DNA of 64,000 nucleotides from Candidatus Eiseniibacteriota bacterium (GCA_026388185.1 JAPLKG010000014.1:276319-340318), one strand, 5' to 3'. Counted from the first letter of the stretch, positions 30,878-40,500 are shown. Notes: generated by a model not told the origin, from the sequence alone. Numbers and translations: made by a program.

Positions 30878-32038
30878 ATGCGAACAATAGCCCACATAGA
30901 CATGGATGCATTCTTTGCGTCGGTTGAGCAGGTATTTAATCCGCACTATAAAGGCAAACCTCTTGTAGTGTGTGGTGACCCGAACAGAAGAGGGGTTGTG
31001 TCAACGGCTTCTTACGAAGCCCGCAAGTACGGAGTAAGAGCCGGAATGCCGCTTCAGGAAGCGCGCTACCTGTGTCCTAACGGGATTTATGTAGAGGGAA
31101 ATTCCGAGAAATACGTGCATGTTTCTCTCAAACTCCTTGAGATTTACAAAGACTTCACGCCGATGGTGGAACCCTTCAGCATTGACGAGGCCTTTCTGGA
31201 TTTGACGGGGACTATTTATGAATGGGAAGTGGCGAGAAAGGGAGCCATTCTTATAAAGAAGAGGATTCGCGAGGAGTTTAACCTTACGGCCTCAATAGGG
31301 ATAGCTCCGAACAAGTACATGGCCAAGATGGCGTCGGGCCTAGAAAAACCGGACGGCCTGGTCCAGATTGACAGTGAAGACTACAGGAAGATTTTCTGGA
31401 AGCGAAAGGTGGAAGAATTGTGGGGCGTGGGAGCCAAAACCGCTGTAGCATTGAGAAGGTTGGGTATAGACACCGTCGACGACCTGGCCAGATTTCCGGT
31501 CACTATTTTGAGAGCAGAATTTGGAATCAACGGAGAGAAGCTTTCTGATATGGCGAACGGGAAGGACGATTCTCCTGTCACTCCTTACTACGAAGGCGTG
31601 CCGGTAAAATCAATGGGTCACGAATATACCTTGAGGGAGGATACGGACAGTCTCGACAAATTGGAAAGGACGCTCTTAAGGCTTTCGGATCAGGTCGGGC
31701 GACGCCTCAGACAAGAAGGGTATCTCGGTGACACCGTGACGCTGAAACTGAGAAGCAGTACGTTTGCAACAATAACAAGACAGAAAAAACTCACGGGTTA
31801 CACCGATGAAGATAGAATGATATTCGGCGTGGGGAGAGGCCTCCTGAAAGAAAACTGGAAGGGAGAAAAAGTAAGACTGGTGGGTGTGAGTATTTCGGGA
31901 CTCGTGAGAAGAGGCCACAGCTTAAGCGAATCTCTTTTCGAGAAGGACGAAAAAGAGCGAAGAGTGCTTGAGGCAATCGATAACCTCAGGGACAAGTTCG
32001 GCGAGAACGCGATAGTAAGAGCGGGTGCCATGCGATAA
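30878..32038 (+). CDS. dinB: DNA polymerase IV (Y-family, DinB/DinP)
   Basis: MRTIAHIDMDAFFASVEQ, palm/fingers motifs, GIGIAPNKYMAKMAS. GGAGAG RBS before ATG 30878. Confidence 0.9.
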   Translation: MRTIAHIDMDAFFASVEQVFNPHYKGKPLVVCGDPNRRGVVSTASYEARKYGVRAGMPLQEARYLCPNGIYVEGNSEKYVHVSLKLLEIYKDFTPMVEPFSIDEAFLDLTGTIYEWEVARKGAILIKKRIREEFNLTASIGIAPNKYMAKMASGLEKPDGLVQIDSEDYRKIFWKRKVEELWGVGAKTAVALRRLGIDTVDDLARFPVTILRAEFGINGEKLSDMANGKDDSPVTPYYEGVPVKSMGHEYTLREDTDSLDKLERTLLRLSDQVGRRLRQEGYLGDTVTLKLRSSTFATITRQKKLTGYTDEDRMIFGVGRGLLKENWKGEKVRLVGVSISGLVRRGHSLSESLFEKDEKERRVLEAIDNLRDKFGENAIVRAGAMR

Positions 32039-32082
32039 TGTTGTACGAGTCATGCCATGATTTCAAGTGAGAGAACGTACTG

Positions 32083-33186
32083 ATGACAGAAGACTTTCAT
32101 AAGAAACCCTTCGACGAGGGGACCATGGTGAAGCTCCGTCTTTTTGAGAACTACGTCGCGGAGTGGCTTCCGGTGTTCATATCCTCCGCCCAGGGAAAAC
32201 GAATCAATATAGTTGATTTCTTCGCGGGGCCGGGAAGAGATGTCAAGGGAGTAGACGGGAGTCCACTTATTGCGCTTAAACAGATTCGCAAATTCACCTT
32301 CCGCATTCGACAAAGCTCCAGTTTGTTGTACTTGCTTCTCAATGAGAAAGCCACACAGAAAGCGGCTACACTTCGCAGCATAATGGAAAGTCAGACAGTT
32401 GATGAGAAGTTGTGTAAGTGTGAAATTGAGGCACTGGATTTCGGGAAGGCCTTCGAGAAGTATTACCCACACCTTCTAGGGAATGCAAACCTGCTCTTCT
32501 TAGATCAAACCGGAGTGAAGTCCATATCGGACGACGTGTTTGTCAGAATCCTAGAGCTTCCGACGACAGACTTCATTTTCTTTATTGCATCCTCGTCGCT
32601 CCGTCGATTTGCCGATCATCCCTATTTCCATAGACACCTGAAGATTCCTAAGGGGACTATTTCAGCTCGGAGTTTCAATGAGACGCACCGCGTAGTTACG
32701 GACTACTATCGCAGTCTGGTCCCGCCTGGGAGGGAGTTCTACTTGGGCTCTTTTTCGATTAAGAAGGGCAGCAATCTGTACGGGATCATATTTGGATCGG
32801 GACATCCACTTGGAATGGAGAAATTCCTCAGGGTATGTTGGAAACTGCATTCAATTCGCGGTGAGGCGAACTTCGATATTGATTCGGAAGACATCAATGC
32901 CCGTTCACCACACCTGTGGAAAGAAATGGATAGACCTAAGAAGCTCGATCTCTTCGAACGGGAATTGCGGCAACGTGTACTGAAAAAAGAACTGAGAACC
33001 GATGGTGATTTATATCTATTTGCCCTCCGACGAGGATTTCGGCCATCCCATGCGCGCCACGTATTGAACCGAATGTTGAAGAAAAGCGAGGTAGCTATGG
33101 CTGAGCCGAGGGTTAGACCTAGGATCTCTCTGGATGGCTACAAGGCACCCCGGACCCTTGAGGTATTACAGAATGGCAATCTCTAG
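32083..33186 (+). CDS. Three-Cys-motif partner protein (TcmP-like). N-terminal SAM-methyltransferase-like motif I (NIVDFFAGPGRD).
   Basis: 367-aa ORF, 45 nt after dinB with no terminator. D-x-F-A-G-x-G motif. Overlaps the DUF5131 gene by 14 nt. Family assignment is by recollection of the TIGR04474 pairing with DUF5131. Confidence 0.5.
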   Translation: MTEDFHKKPFDEGTMVKLRLFENYVAEWLPVFISSAQGKRINIVDFFAGPGRDVKGVDGSPLIALKQIRKFTFRIRQSSSLLYLLLNEKATQKAATLRSIMESQTVDEKLCKCEIEALDFGKAFEKYYPHLLGNANLLFLDQTGVKSISDDVFVRILELPTTDFIFFIASSSLRRFADHPYFHRHLKIPKGTISARSFNETHRVVTDYYRSLVPPGREFYLGSFSIKKGSNLYGIIFGSGHPLGMEKFLRVCWKLHSIRGEANFDIDSEDINARSPHLWKEMDRPKKLDLFERELRQRVLKKELRTDGDLYLFALRRGFRPSHARHVLNRMLKKSEVAMAEPRVRPRISLDGYKAPRTLEVLQNGNL

Positions 33187-33907
33187 GATCGAATGGACAG
33201 AGATGTCATGGAACCCGGTCACGGGATGTTCCAAGCTGTCCGCGGGATGCAAGAACTGCTACGCCGAAGTCTTGGCCAAGAGACTGTGCTCTATGGGTTC
33301 AGAGAAGTACGTGAACGGCTTTGAGGTAGCGACGCATCCCGAGGCGCTCCCGGTTCCGTTCAAGTGGAAGACCCCCCGCATGGTTTTTGTGAACTCAATG
33401 AGCGACTTGTTTCACGACGCAGTACCCTTGAGCTTCATACTGGAAGTGTTCAAGGTCATGAACCAGTGCAGGCGGCACCAGTTTCAGGTATTGACCAAAA
33501 GGCCTAAGCGTCTGGTGTCGCTGGATCAAGTGCTTCCATGGAGTGCTAATATCTGGATGGGAGTCTCCGTTGAGAATGAGGAGGTGCTGGGTCGAGTAGA
33601 TTGGCTTAGGAAATGCAGTGCGAAGGTCAAGTTCTTATCGCTGGAGCCCTTGCTGGGTCCCCTCAACCATCTTTCCTTGGCTCACATTGATTGGGTGATT
33701 GTCGGGGGAGAGTCTGGCTCCCGTGCAAGACCGACTCGGGAGGAGTGGGTCTTGGAGATCCGCAACAAGTGTGCAGACACTGGGGTACCCTTCTTTTTCA
33801 AGCAATGGGGTGGGGCAAATAGGAAGAAGGCCGGGCGTCTATTGTGTGGGCGGACGTATGAGCAGATGCCACCCTTTGCCGCCGAAGAAAGCCTATTGCT
33901 GGCTTAG
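33173..33907 (+). CDS. DUF5131 (phage Gp37/Gp68 family) three-Cys-motif protein
   Basis: MAISRIEWTEMSWNPVTGCSKLSAGCKNCYAE signature N-terminus (CX6CX2C here). ATG 33173 overlaps the tcmP stop. Confidence 0.7.
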   Translation: MAISRIEWTEMSWNPVTGCSKLSAGCKNCYAEVLAKRLCSMGSEKYVNGFEVATHPEALPVPFKWKTPRMVFVNSMSDLFHDAVPLSFILEVFKVMNQCRRHQFQVLTKRPKRLVSLDQVLPWSANIWMGVSVENEEVLGRVDWLRKCSAKVKFLSLEPLLGPLNHLSLAHIDWVIVGGESGSRARPTREEWVLEIRNKCADTGVPFFFKQWGGANRKKAGRLLCGRTYEQMPPFAAEESLLLA

Positions 33908-34026
33908 AGTTTCTTCGTAATCTATGTCCCAAGCGGACGCTGCAGCAGCAGCGTCGCAAGGCCTCGCCAGTGATTACTGCCGCTATGCAGAGCTTAGGAT
34001 GGATTTGGTCTCTTTTCTTTGAGTGA

Positions 34027-34689
34027 GTGTCCTGCATGAAGAATGATTGCTGGGAGATTGTCCTTGCAGAGGACAAATTCAATCAATTGAGAAATGATAA
34101 GGCCTTTCTGGCGATCTTGACGCTTGCGCGCTGTGTCAACGCGCTCAGATTTTGCCAGACCCCTTTGATCGAGTCCGAGCGCAAGAGTACTCCTGCTGTG
34201 AGTAGACAACGTCTCAATTCGGTCTTGCTTGCGAGTTCGGTCTTGTACGAAGGGTTGAAGGTTGCTGATTCGCTGGGACGTGATTTCAAGAGCCTAGTTT
34301 CCTTCCGGGAAGGGTTTGGGAAGCTGCTCAAGAAGCCAGAGACGAAGAAACTTAGGAGCGGGATCCTTTGGAAGATGAGGAATAAATTCGTGTTCCACTT
34401 CGATCAAGACGTAGCAGCCATGGCATTGACTCACTTCGAATTGCCTTCATACAAGTTCGCCGTGGGACAGGGAACAGCCCGGGGTCACGTTTACTATGCC
34501 CTAGCAGATGAGATCAGCCTTCATTATTTGCTGGACCCCGAGGGTGAGAAATCGAATGACCAACTGGAAAAAATATACATACAGTTCGCTCAGGAAATAG
34601 CAGATCTCATGGTTGAGTTTGACAATGCGGCAGAGGAGCTGATTGCCGAAACCTTACTACAGCAGGGCTGGTCATTAGGTGACGATTAG
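34027..34689 (+). CDS. Hypothetical protein (220 aa), no recognisable domain
   Basis: ORF with coding-like composition, follows the tcmP/DUF5131 pair. Confidence 0.4.
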   Translation: MSCMKNDCWEIVLAEDKFNQLRNDKAFLAILTLARCVNALRFCQTPLIESERKSTPAVSRQRLNSVLLASSVLYEGLKVADSLGRDFKSLVSFREGFGKLLKKPETKKLRSGILWKMRNKFVFHFDQDVAAMALTHFELPSYKFAVGQGTARGHVYYALADEISLHYLLDPEGEKSNDQLEKIYIQFAQEIADLMVEFDNAAEELIAETLLQQGWSLGDD

Positions 34690-34915
34690 CGGGGAAGAAG
34701 ACGAACCTGACGAAGGCACAGCCCAATGTAGATCCGTCATCAGCGCCTCATGTACCTGCCAGGGGCTTCTACGGGTGCAGGCGATGCGTAGCGTAAAGTT
34801 GCCCGAGTTGCAGCCGTTTGAGACTCGCTCAGACTGGAAGAGAACGGCAACAGTCGGCGCTGTGAGCTTAGCTTCATCTTGACGCTGAGGGATTCGCAGC
34901 ACAGAGAGAAGGGCC

Positions 34916-35692
34916 ATGATAAGAATAGGTACGAGCGGCTACAGTTTTGATGACTGGGTGGGGACTTTCTATCCGCCCGACATTCGGAAGGGCGACATGC
35001 TTTCTTACTACGCCAAGCACTTCAACGTGGTGGAGATAAATTCCAGCTACTATAGGATTCCCCATCCGGCAGTATTTCACCAGATGGAGAAGAAGACCGC
35101 CCCCGGCTTTGAATTCTTCGTCAAGGCGAACAAGGCAATGACGCACGAGTGGAGCACGGAACGGGCTCTGTACCAGCAGTTTCTGGATTCGTGCCGCCCG
35201 CTCGTGGAGGCGGGCAAGTTCTGTGGTGTTCTGGCCCAGTTTCCCTGGGGGTTCAAACAGAACGAAAAAAACTCCGAGTTCCTCAAGAAAATGCGCGAGA
35301 ACTTTGGGGACACCCCTCTGGTCGTTGAGTTCAGGAACGATTCCTGGGTCAAGGACGAAGTGTTCTCTCTCCTCGAGAAGGAGAGCATCTCCTTCTGCGC
35401 CGTGGATGAACCGCCGTTGAGGGGGTTGGTGCCGCCGATTGTGAAGTACACCGCCGAACCTGGTTACGTGAGGTTTCATGGGAGAAACGCGAGGAACTGG
35501 TGGGCGAGCGGCGGAGGCGATCGGTACGACTATGACTACACCGAACAAGAACTGACGGAGTGGTTAGGAAAGATAAAGGAGCTGGCCGCAACCGCGCGGA
35601 AGACGTACATTTTCTTCAACAACTGTCATGCGGGGCAGGCGGCGAGAAGTGCGAAACTCATGGAGAGGCTACTGTCGCTTGAGATTCAATAG
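34916..35692 (+). CDS. DUF72 (UPF0759) family protein
   Basis: MIRIGTSGYSFDDWVGTFYPPD..YYAKHFNVVEINSSYYRIP signature. Stop abuts the mrfA ATG (TAGATG). Confidence 0.8.
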   Translation: MIRIGTSGYSFDDWVGTFYPPDIRKGDMLSYYAKHFNVVEINSSYYRIPHPAVFHQMEKKTAPGFEFFVKANKAMTHEWSTERALYQQFLDSCRPLVEAGKFCGVLAQFPWGFKQNEKNSEFLKKMRENFGDTPLVVEFRNDSWVKDEVFSLLEKESISFCAVDEPPLRGLVPPIVKYTAEPGYVRFHGRNARNWWASGGGDRYDYDYTEQELTEWLGKIKELAATARKTYIFFNNCHAGQAARSAKLMERLLSLEIQ

Positions 35693-38071
35693 ATGAGACA
35701 GGTTTGTGATAGAAAGACCGGAGCCGAGGTGACGATCAAGGAAGCGCTGAAAGACTTACTTTCTTCGCCGGGCTTCAAAGAAAGAGTGAAGTACATAAAG
35801 AATCTGGAAGCACGAGAGGCAGTCTACGGTGAACTCTCGTCGCCGCTACGGGCCGAGCTCTCAGGCGCGCTTGCAGGGGTGGGAATTGAGCGGCTCTATT
35901 CCCATCAAGTGAGGGCCGTGGAGCTTGCGAGAGAGGGAAAGCACTTCGTAGTTGTTACCGGGACGGCAAGCGGAAAGACTCTCTGCTATAACATCCCGGT
36001 GCTTGAGACGTTGCTTTCGAGAGAGAACGCGAACGCTTTCTACGTCTTTCCGACAAAGGCGCTGGCCCAGGATCAGTTGAAGGGGCTCCTCAGGTTGGCC
36101 TCCCAGGACGAGAGAATATCGTCCCGTCTTCACCTCGGCACGTACGACGGAGACACCACGCCTCACGCGAGGCGAAAGCTTCGCGAAGCCGCTAACGTGA
36201 TTCTCACCAATCCTGACATGTTGCACCAGGGAATCCTGCCTTACCACACGCGCTGGAGCAAATTTTTCTCGAATCTTGAGTACGTGGTTATCGATGAGAT
36301 CCATTCTTACAGAGGCATTTTCGGTTCCAACGTGGCTAACGTAATAAGAAGGTTGCGCAGAGTCTGCAGTCACTACGGTTCGAACCCGAAATTCGTTCTT
36401 TGCTCGGCAACTATCAGGAACCCCCAGGATTTGGCCTCGCAACTCATCGGCCTCGACGTAGAGATCGTCTCCGAAGATGGGTCGCCACGCGGTTCGAAGA
36501 TGTTTATTTTCTGGAATCCCCCTTTTCTTGACGAAGCAAAGATGGAACGAAGAAGCTCAAACGTTGAGGCGAAAGAGCTTCTGGTTGAGCTTGTCAAGAA
36601 TGGAATACAAACAATCGCGTTCACCAAGGCAAGGGTCGTCGCGGAATTGATATACCGGTACGCCTTGGACGATCTTTTGAAACACAGGGCGACGTTGAAG
36701 GATTCCATAAGGCCCTACAGAGCGGGATATCTTCCGGAGGATAGAAGAGAAATCGAGCGACAGCTTTTCTCCGGCGAACTCATGGGCGTTGTCAGCACGA
36801 ACGCGCTTGAACTCGGAATTGATGTCGGCGGGCTCGACGCATCAATCACTGTAGGATTTCCCGGTACTATCGCGAGCACGTGGCAGCAGGCAGGTAGGGC
36901 TGGTAGGGGCACAAGAGAAGCCTTGAGCGTGCTCGTTGCGTACAACGACCCGATTGACCAATACCTCATGCGTCACCCGGAGTATTTCTTTAGACAGTCG
37001 CCCGAGAGCGCGGTCGTTGCTCCCGACAATCCATATGTTCTTGCGGGCCACCTCTGCGCCGCGGCCTTCGAGCTTCCGATATCGGAGTCCGACAGGGAGC
37101 TCTTTGGTCCGCTGACCGAGGAGATCACGCGCGTGCTCGAAGACGAAGGCAAGATGAAGGGGATAGACAAGAAATGGTACTGGTCCAGCACCGATTTCCC
37201 CGCCGCCTCGGTGAATTTGAGAACCATTTCCGATGACACCTACACTATCGTGGACGCGAAACACGGCAACACGGTGATAGGAACGGTTGATGCCATAAGC
37301 GCACCGGAGCTTGTTTACCCCGAGGCCATCTATTTGCATGAAGGGGAGACCTTCTTCACGAAAAAGCTCGACATGGAGCAGAAGGTTGCATACGTGGAAC
37401 GAGCTGAGGTGGACTATTACACGCAGCCCGTCCTCGACACCAGTCTGAGGGTATTGAGACAACGAAAAGAAAAGAAATTGGCGGGACAGAGAGTCGTTCT
37501 TGGCGACGCGGACGTGACCTGGGCGACGATCGCGTTTAAGAAAATAAAGTTCTACAGCCTGGACAGCATCGGATACAAGACGCTCGATCTTCCAGCGCAA
37601 CACCTTGAGACGGCCAGTATGTGGTTCGTACCCGCGACGACCCTCCTGAAGCAGGTTCGAGTGGCGGGCAAGAATCCCGTCGAAGGGCTCGCGGGCATAC
37701 GCAACATGATGATAAACGTAGTTCCTCTTTTTGCCATGTGCGACAGGCAAGATATCGGAGGAGTCATAGACAGCAGTAATACGGGCACGCCCACCATCTT
37801 CATTTACGACAGATTCCAGGGGGGTCTCGGATTCGCCGAGAGAACGTACGAACTCATCCAGGAAGTGCTTCAAGCCTGTCTTTCTCTGGTCAAAGAATGC
37901 GAGTGTTCCGAGGGATGTCCTTCCTGCGTCGGTCTCCCGATACTCAGACCTGCGCAGCACCAGGACCCCGACGTCTATCACGGTTGGGCGATTCCTAGTA
38001 AGGAGATCGCGCGAGCAATGTTGGAGGCTCTCGTCATGAAGAGTGGGCCGATCTTGGGCGAACGACGCTGA
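35693..38071 (+). CDS. mrfA: MrfA/YprA-like DEXH helicase with C-terminal DUF1998 four-Cys domain
   Basis: Helicase motifs (TGTASGKT, DEIH, SATI, QQAGRAGR) and C-terminal CECSEGCPSCV zinc cluster. Confidence 0.75.
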   Translation: MRQVCDRKTGAEVTIKEALKDLLSSPGFKERVKYIKNLEAREAVYGELSSPLRAELSGALAGVGIERLYSHQVRAVELAREGKHFVVVTGTASGKTLCYNIPVLETLLSRENANAFYVFPTKALAQDQLKGLLRLASQDERISSRLHLGTYDGDTTPHARRKLREAANVILTNPDMLHQGILPYHTRWSKFFSNLEYVVIDEIHSYRGIFGSNVANVIRRLRRVCSHYGSNPKFVLCSATIRNPQDLASQLIGLDVEIVSEDGSPRGSKMFIFWNPPFLDEAKMERRSSNVEAKELLVELVKNGIQTIAFTKARVVAELIYRYALDDLLKHRATLKDSIRPYRAGYLPEDRREIERQLFSGELMGVVSTNALELGIDVGGLDASITVGFPGTIASTWQQAGRAGRGTREALSVLVAYNDPIDQYLMRHPEYFFRQSPESAVVAPDNPYVLAGHLCAAAFELPISESDRELFGPLTEEITRVLEDEGKMKGIDKKWYWSSTDFPAASVNLRTISDDTYTIVDAKHGNTVIGTVDAISAPELVYPEAIYLHEGETFFTKKLDMEQKVAYVERAEVDYYTQPVLDTSLRVLRQRKEKKLAGQRVVLGDADVTWATIAFKKIKFYSLDSIGYKTLDLPAQHLETASMWFVPATTLLKQVRVAGKNPVEGLAGIRNMMINVVPLFAMCDRQDIGGVIDSSNTGTPTIFIYDRFQGGLGFAERTYELIQEVLQACLSLVKECECSEGCPSCVGLPILRPAQHQDPDVYHGWAIPSKEIARAMLEALVMKSGPILGERR

Positions 38072-38072
38072 C

Positions 38073-38921
38073 ATGAAGCTGAGTAGCAAGAGCAGAGAAT
38101 CTCTGTGTAATTTGATCTCCGCCCACCGGACCTCACGTGAGGAGAAAGAGACTCGTCACAGGACACCCGTCTCCGTGGAAGAACTCCTGCCGGGTGGGGT
38201 GCTGAAGGGCAAGCACGGCCAGATATTCGTTCACGAAAGGCTCAGGTCCGAGATAGAGAGGAACACGCAGCGGATCGTCTCGCTTTATCGTCAGGCAGAG
38301 CTAAACGCCTTTTCTGCCACGCTGGAGGGCAAGGCGGGCGAATTTTCGGAATTGGGAAAGACGGGATTCTCGCGGGCCGTCTTTCTCGATATCGAAAGCA
38401 CGGGGCTTTTCAATTGCCCGACCTTTCTTGCCGGTGCGATGTTTCTTTCGGGGGACGATTTCGTCATAAGGCAATTCTTCGCCCGCGACTACTCTGAAGA
38501 GAAATGTCTCATAGAAATCCTCTCAAAATTTCTTCGTCAGTTTGAGGCCGTGATTACTTTCAACGGAAAATCGTACGACATTCCGTTTATTGCAGACCGA
38601 GCCATATATCACGGCGTCAAATTTGCGACGCGCCACTCGCACGTTGATCTTCTCCATCACTCGAGACGGCACTGGAAGGGGACTCTCCCCAACTGCAAAC
38701 TTCAGACGCTGGAGCTTCACGTGTGTCGAAGAAGAAGGGTCGGAGACATTCCGAGCTCTGAGATCCCGCAGCTCTACCACGATTTTGTGCGGACGGGCGA
38801 TCCTTACCTTCTGATCCACGTGTTTCATCACAACATGCTTGACCTGATAACGATGAGTGAGTTACTGGTGGAACTGATGCGCAGGGAGGGGCTGATTCGC
38901 GCACGCCGTGCATTGCAGTAG
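38073..38921 (+). CDS. mrfB: MrfB/YprB-like RNase-H-fold (DEDDh) exonuclease
   Basis: VFLDIESTGL, FNGKSYDIPFI, HHNMLDLITM exonuclease motifs. Immediately downstream of mrfA. Confidence 0.65.
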   Translation: MKLSSKSRESLCNLISAHRTSREEKETRHRTPVSVEELLPGGVLKGKHGQIFVHERLRSEIERNTQRIVSLYRQAELNAFSATLEGKAGEFSELGKTGFSRAVFLDIESTGLFNCPTFLAGAMFLSGDDFVIRQFFARDYSEEKCLIEILSKFLRQFEAVITFNGKSYDIPFIADRAIYHGVKFATRHSHVDLLHHSRRHWKGTLPNCKLQTLELHVCRRRRVGDIPSSEIPQLYHDFVRTGDPYLLIHVFHHNMLDLITMSELLVELMRREGLIRARRALQ

Positions 38922-38963
38922 AGGTCTTGACGGAAGGTGGCCTCGATCACGAGGGAATCCTGA

Positions 38964-40094
38964 ATGAAGCCTTTGAGAAAATCAGAACGGGAGCTTGTCG
39001 CCGGGGATCTTGGAGAAATGGGACTCATCGAGAGGATTTTGTCAAAGACCGGCCGGTCGTTGGGACTCTCGAAGTCGGACGTAGGGCGCGTGATCGTCGG
39101 CCCCGGAGATGACGCCGCGGTAATAGAGTTCGGCGGGAGGACGCGCGTCGTTGTGACGACGGACGTCCTCGTGGAAGGCGTGCACTTCCGACTCGATTGG
39201 TCATATCCTGAGGCTCTTGGATTCAAGTCCGTGGCAGCGAACCTGAGTGACGTCGCTGCGATGGGAGGCCGTGCTGTAGGAATCGTGATTTCTCTTGGAA
39301 TACCGCCGGCGGTTCCAGTGAAAGCCGTTGACAGGATGTATCGCGGCATATCCAAAGCGCTGTCGTTGTTCGGAGGAAATCTGCTTGGGGGAGACACGGT
39401 GCGCTCGAGTGCCATAATCGTCTCGATATCTGCCATCGGCGTGCTTGTTGGCGAGAGGCCGCTACTCCGTTCTGGAGCGAGGCCTGGAGACAAGATATGT
39501 GTCACAGGTTCGCTGGGTCGTTCCGAGTTGGGGCTGATGTTGCTGAAGAGATACTTCAGACCGACTCGTCGGCCGAGAAAAATCTTGCTCGAGGCGTGGG
39601 CGGAGAGAACAGAACAGTACTTCAGGAAAGGACTTCCTCCATCACTGCGGGAGGCGGGATGTGCATGCATCGCCAAACACCTCATGCCTTCTCCGCGGGT
39701 GAAGGAAGTGCGAGTGCTCTCAACTTTGGGTCCCTCTGCGATGATCGACATCAGCGATGGGCTGTCGGCAGATCTGATGCGGGTGGCAAGGGCGAGCGGG
39801 GTAGGACTGGTGCTGAACGAAGCAGACATTCCCGTTGACAAAGACGCGATGGCCGTGGCGCAGGCTCTCAACGTTGCGCCATACAAGATAGCGCTTTCGA
39901 GCGGCGAGGAATACGAAGTTCTGTTCACCATTCCGCAAGCTAGAGTCGAACGGGCGGCAAGTGTTCTGGCGAGAAGGTGTGGAACTGCAATCGGAGTAAT
40001 AGGAGAAATCACGGGATACAGAGAGTCGATTCTTGTGGTCGGGAGTCGCGCTAGAAAGAGGGCCTTGGCAGAGACAGGCTTCAGACATTTCTAG
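38964..40094 (+). CDS. thiL: Thiamine-monophosphate kinase (AIR-synthase-related, ThiL-like)
   Basis: GEMGLIERI, GPGDDAAVI, VVTTDVLVEGVHF motifs of the PurM-like ThiL family. 376 aa is longer than typical. Confidence 0.55.
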   Translation: MKPLRKSERELVAGDLGEMGLIERILSKTGRSLGLSKSDVGRVIVGPGDDAAVIEFGGRTRVVVTTDVLVEGVHFRLDWSYPEALGFKSVAANLSDVAAMGGRAVGIVISLGIPPAVPVKAVDRMYRGISKALSLFGGNLLGGDTVRSSAIIVSISAIGVLVGERPLLRSGARPGDKICVTGSLGRSELGLMLLKRYFRPTRRPRKILLEAWAERTEQYFRKGLPPSLREAGCACIAKHLMPSPRVKEVRVLSTLGPSAMIDISDGLSADLMRVARASGVGLVLNEADIPVDKDAMAVAQALNVAPYKIALSSGEEYEVLFTIPQARVERAASVLARRCGTAIGVIGEITGYRESILVVGSRARKRALAETGFRHF

Positions 40095-40500
40095 CTCGCT
40101 TTTCTCTGCGGCCCGATGCCTGGCGTTGTGGTGACTCCTGGTCGCTGATGCACTTCCAAGAAGTGTGTCGCCCTTGGAATCGGCCTCGACATCCCATCTA
40201 ACCCAATTATATCGCAACGAGTTGGGTTATCACGCGCACTTTTCTATTGATTACGTTCTCACAGTGCTGTATAATTAGTACAAAGTTAAGTGTGAGATGG
40301 CACGTTAGGGTACGGTCGAAAACCTTCGGAAGTCTCTCTTTCGGAAGTCCCTGAGGTCTCGTACCTCATCCGCTCCGCTGGGGAGTTAATATGACCGAAG
40401 TGTCGTTTTCGACCTTTTTGTTTGCCCTTTTTTGACGCCGAGAAGGCCATGAAGTGACCGGGAAGAGGGGCCATGACAAGAAGGTGGAGGTGTTCAATTC

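Noticed and set aside
40330-40400. TPP riboswitch downstream of thiL
   Set aside because: No match to the conserved CUGAGA / ACCUGAUCUGGAUAAUGCCAGCGUAGGGA cores. The riboswitch would also be on the wrong side of thiL.
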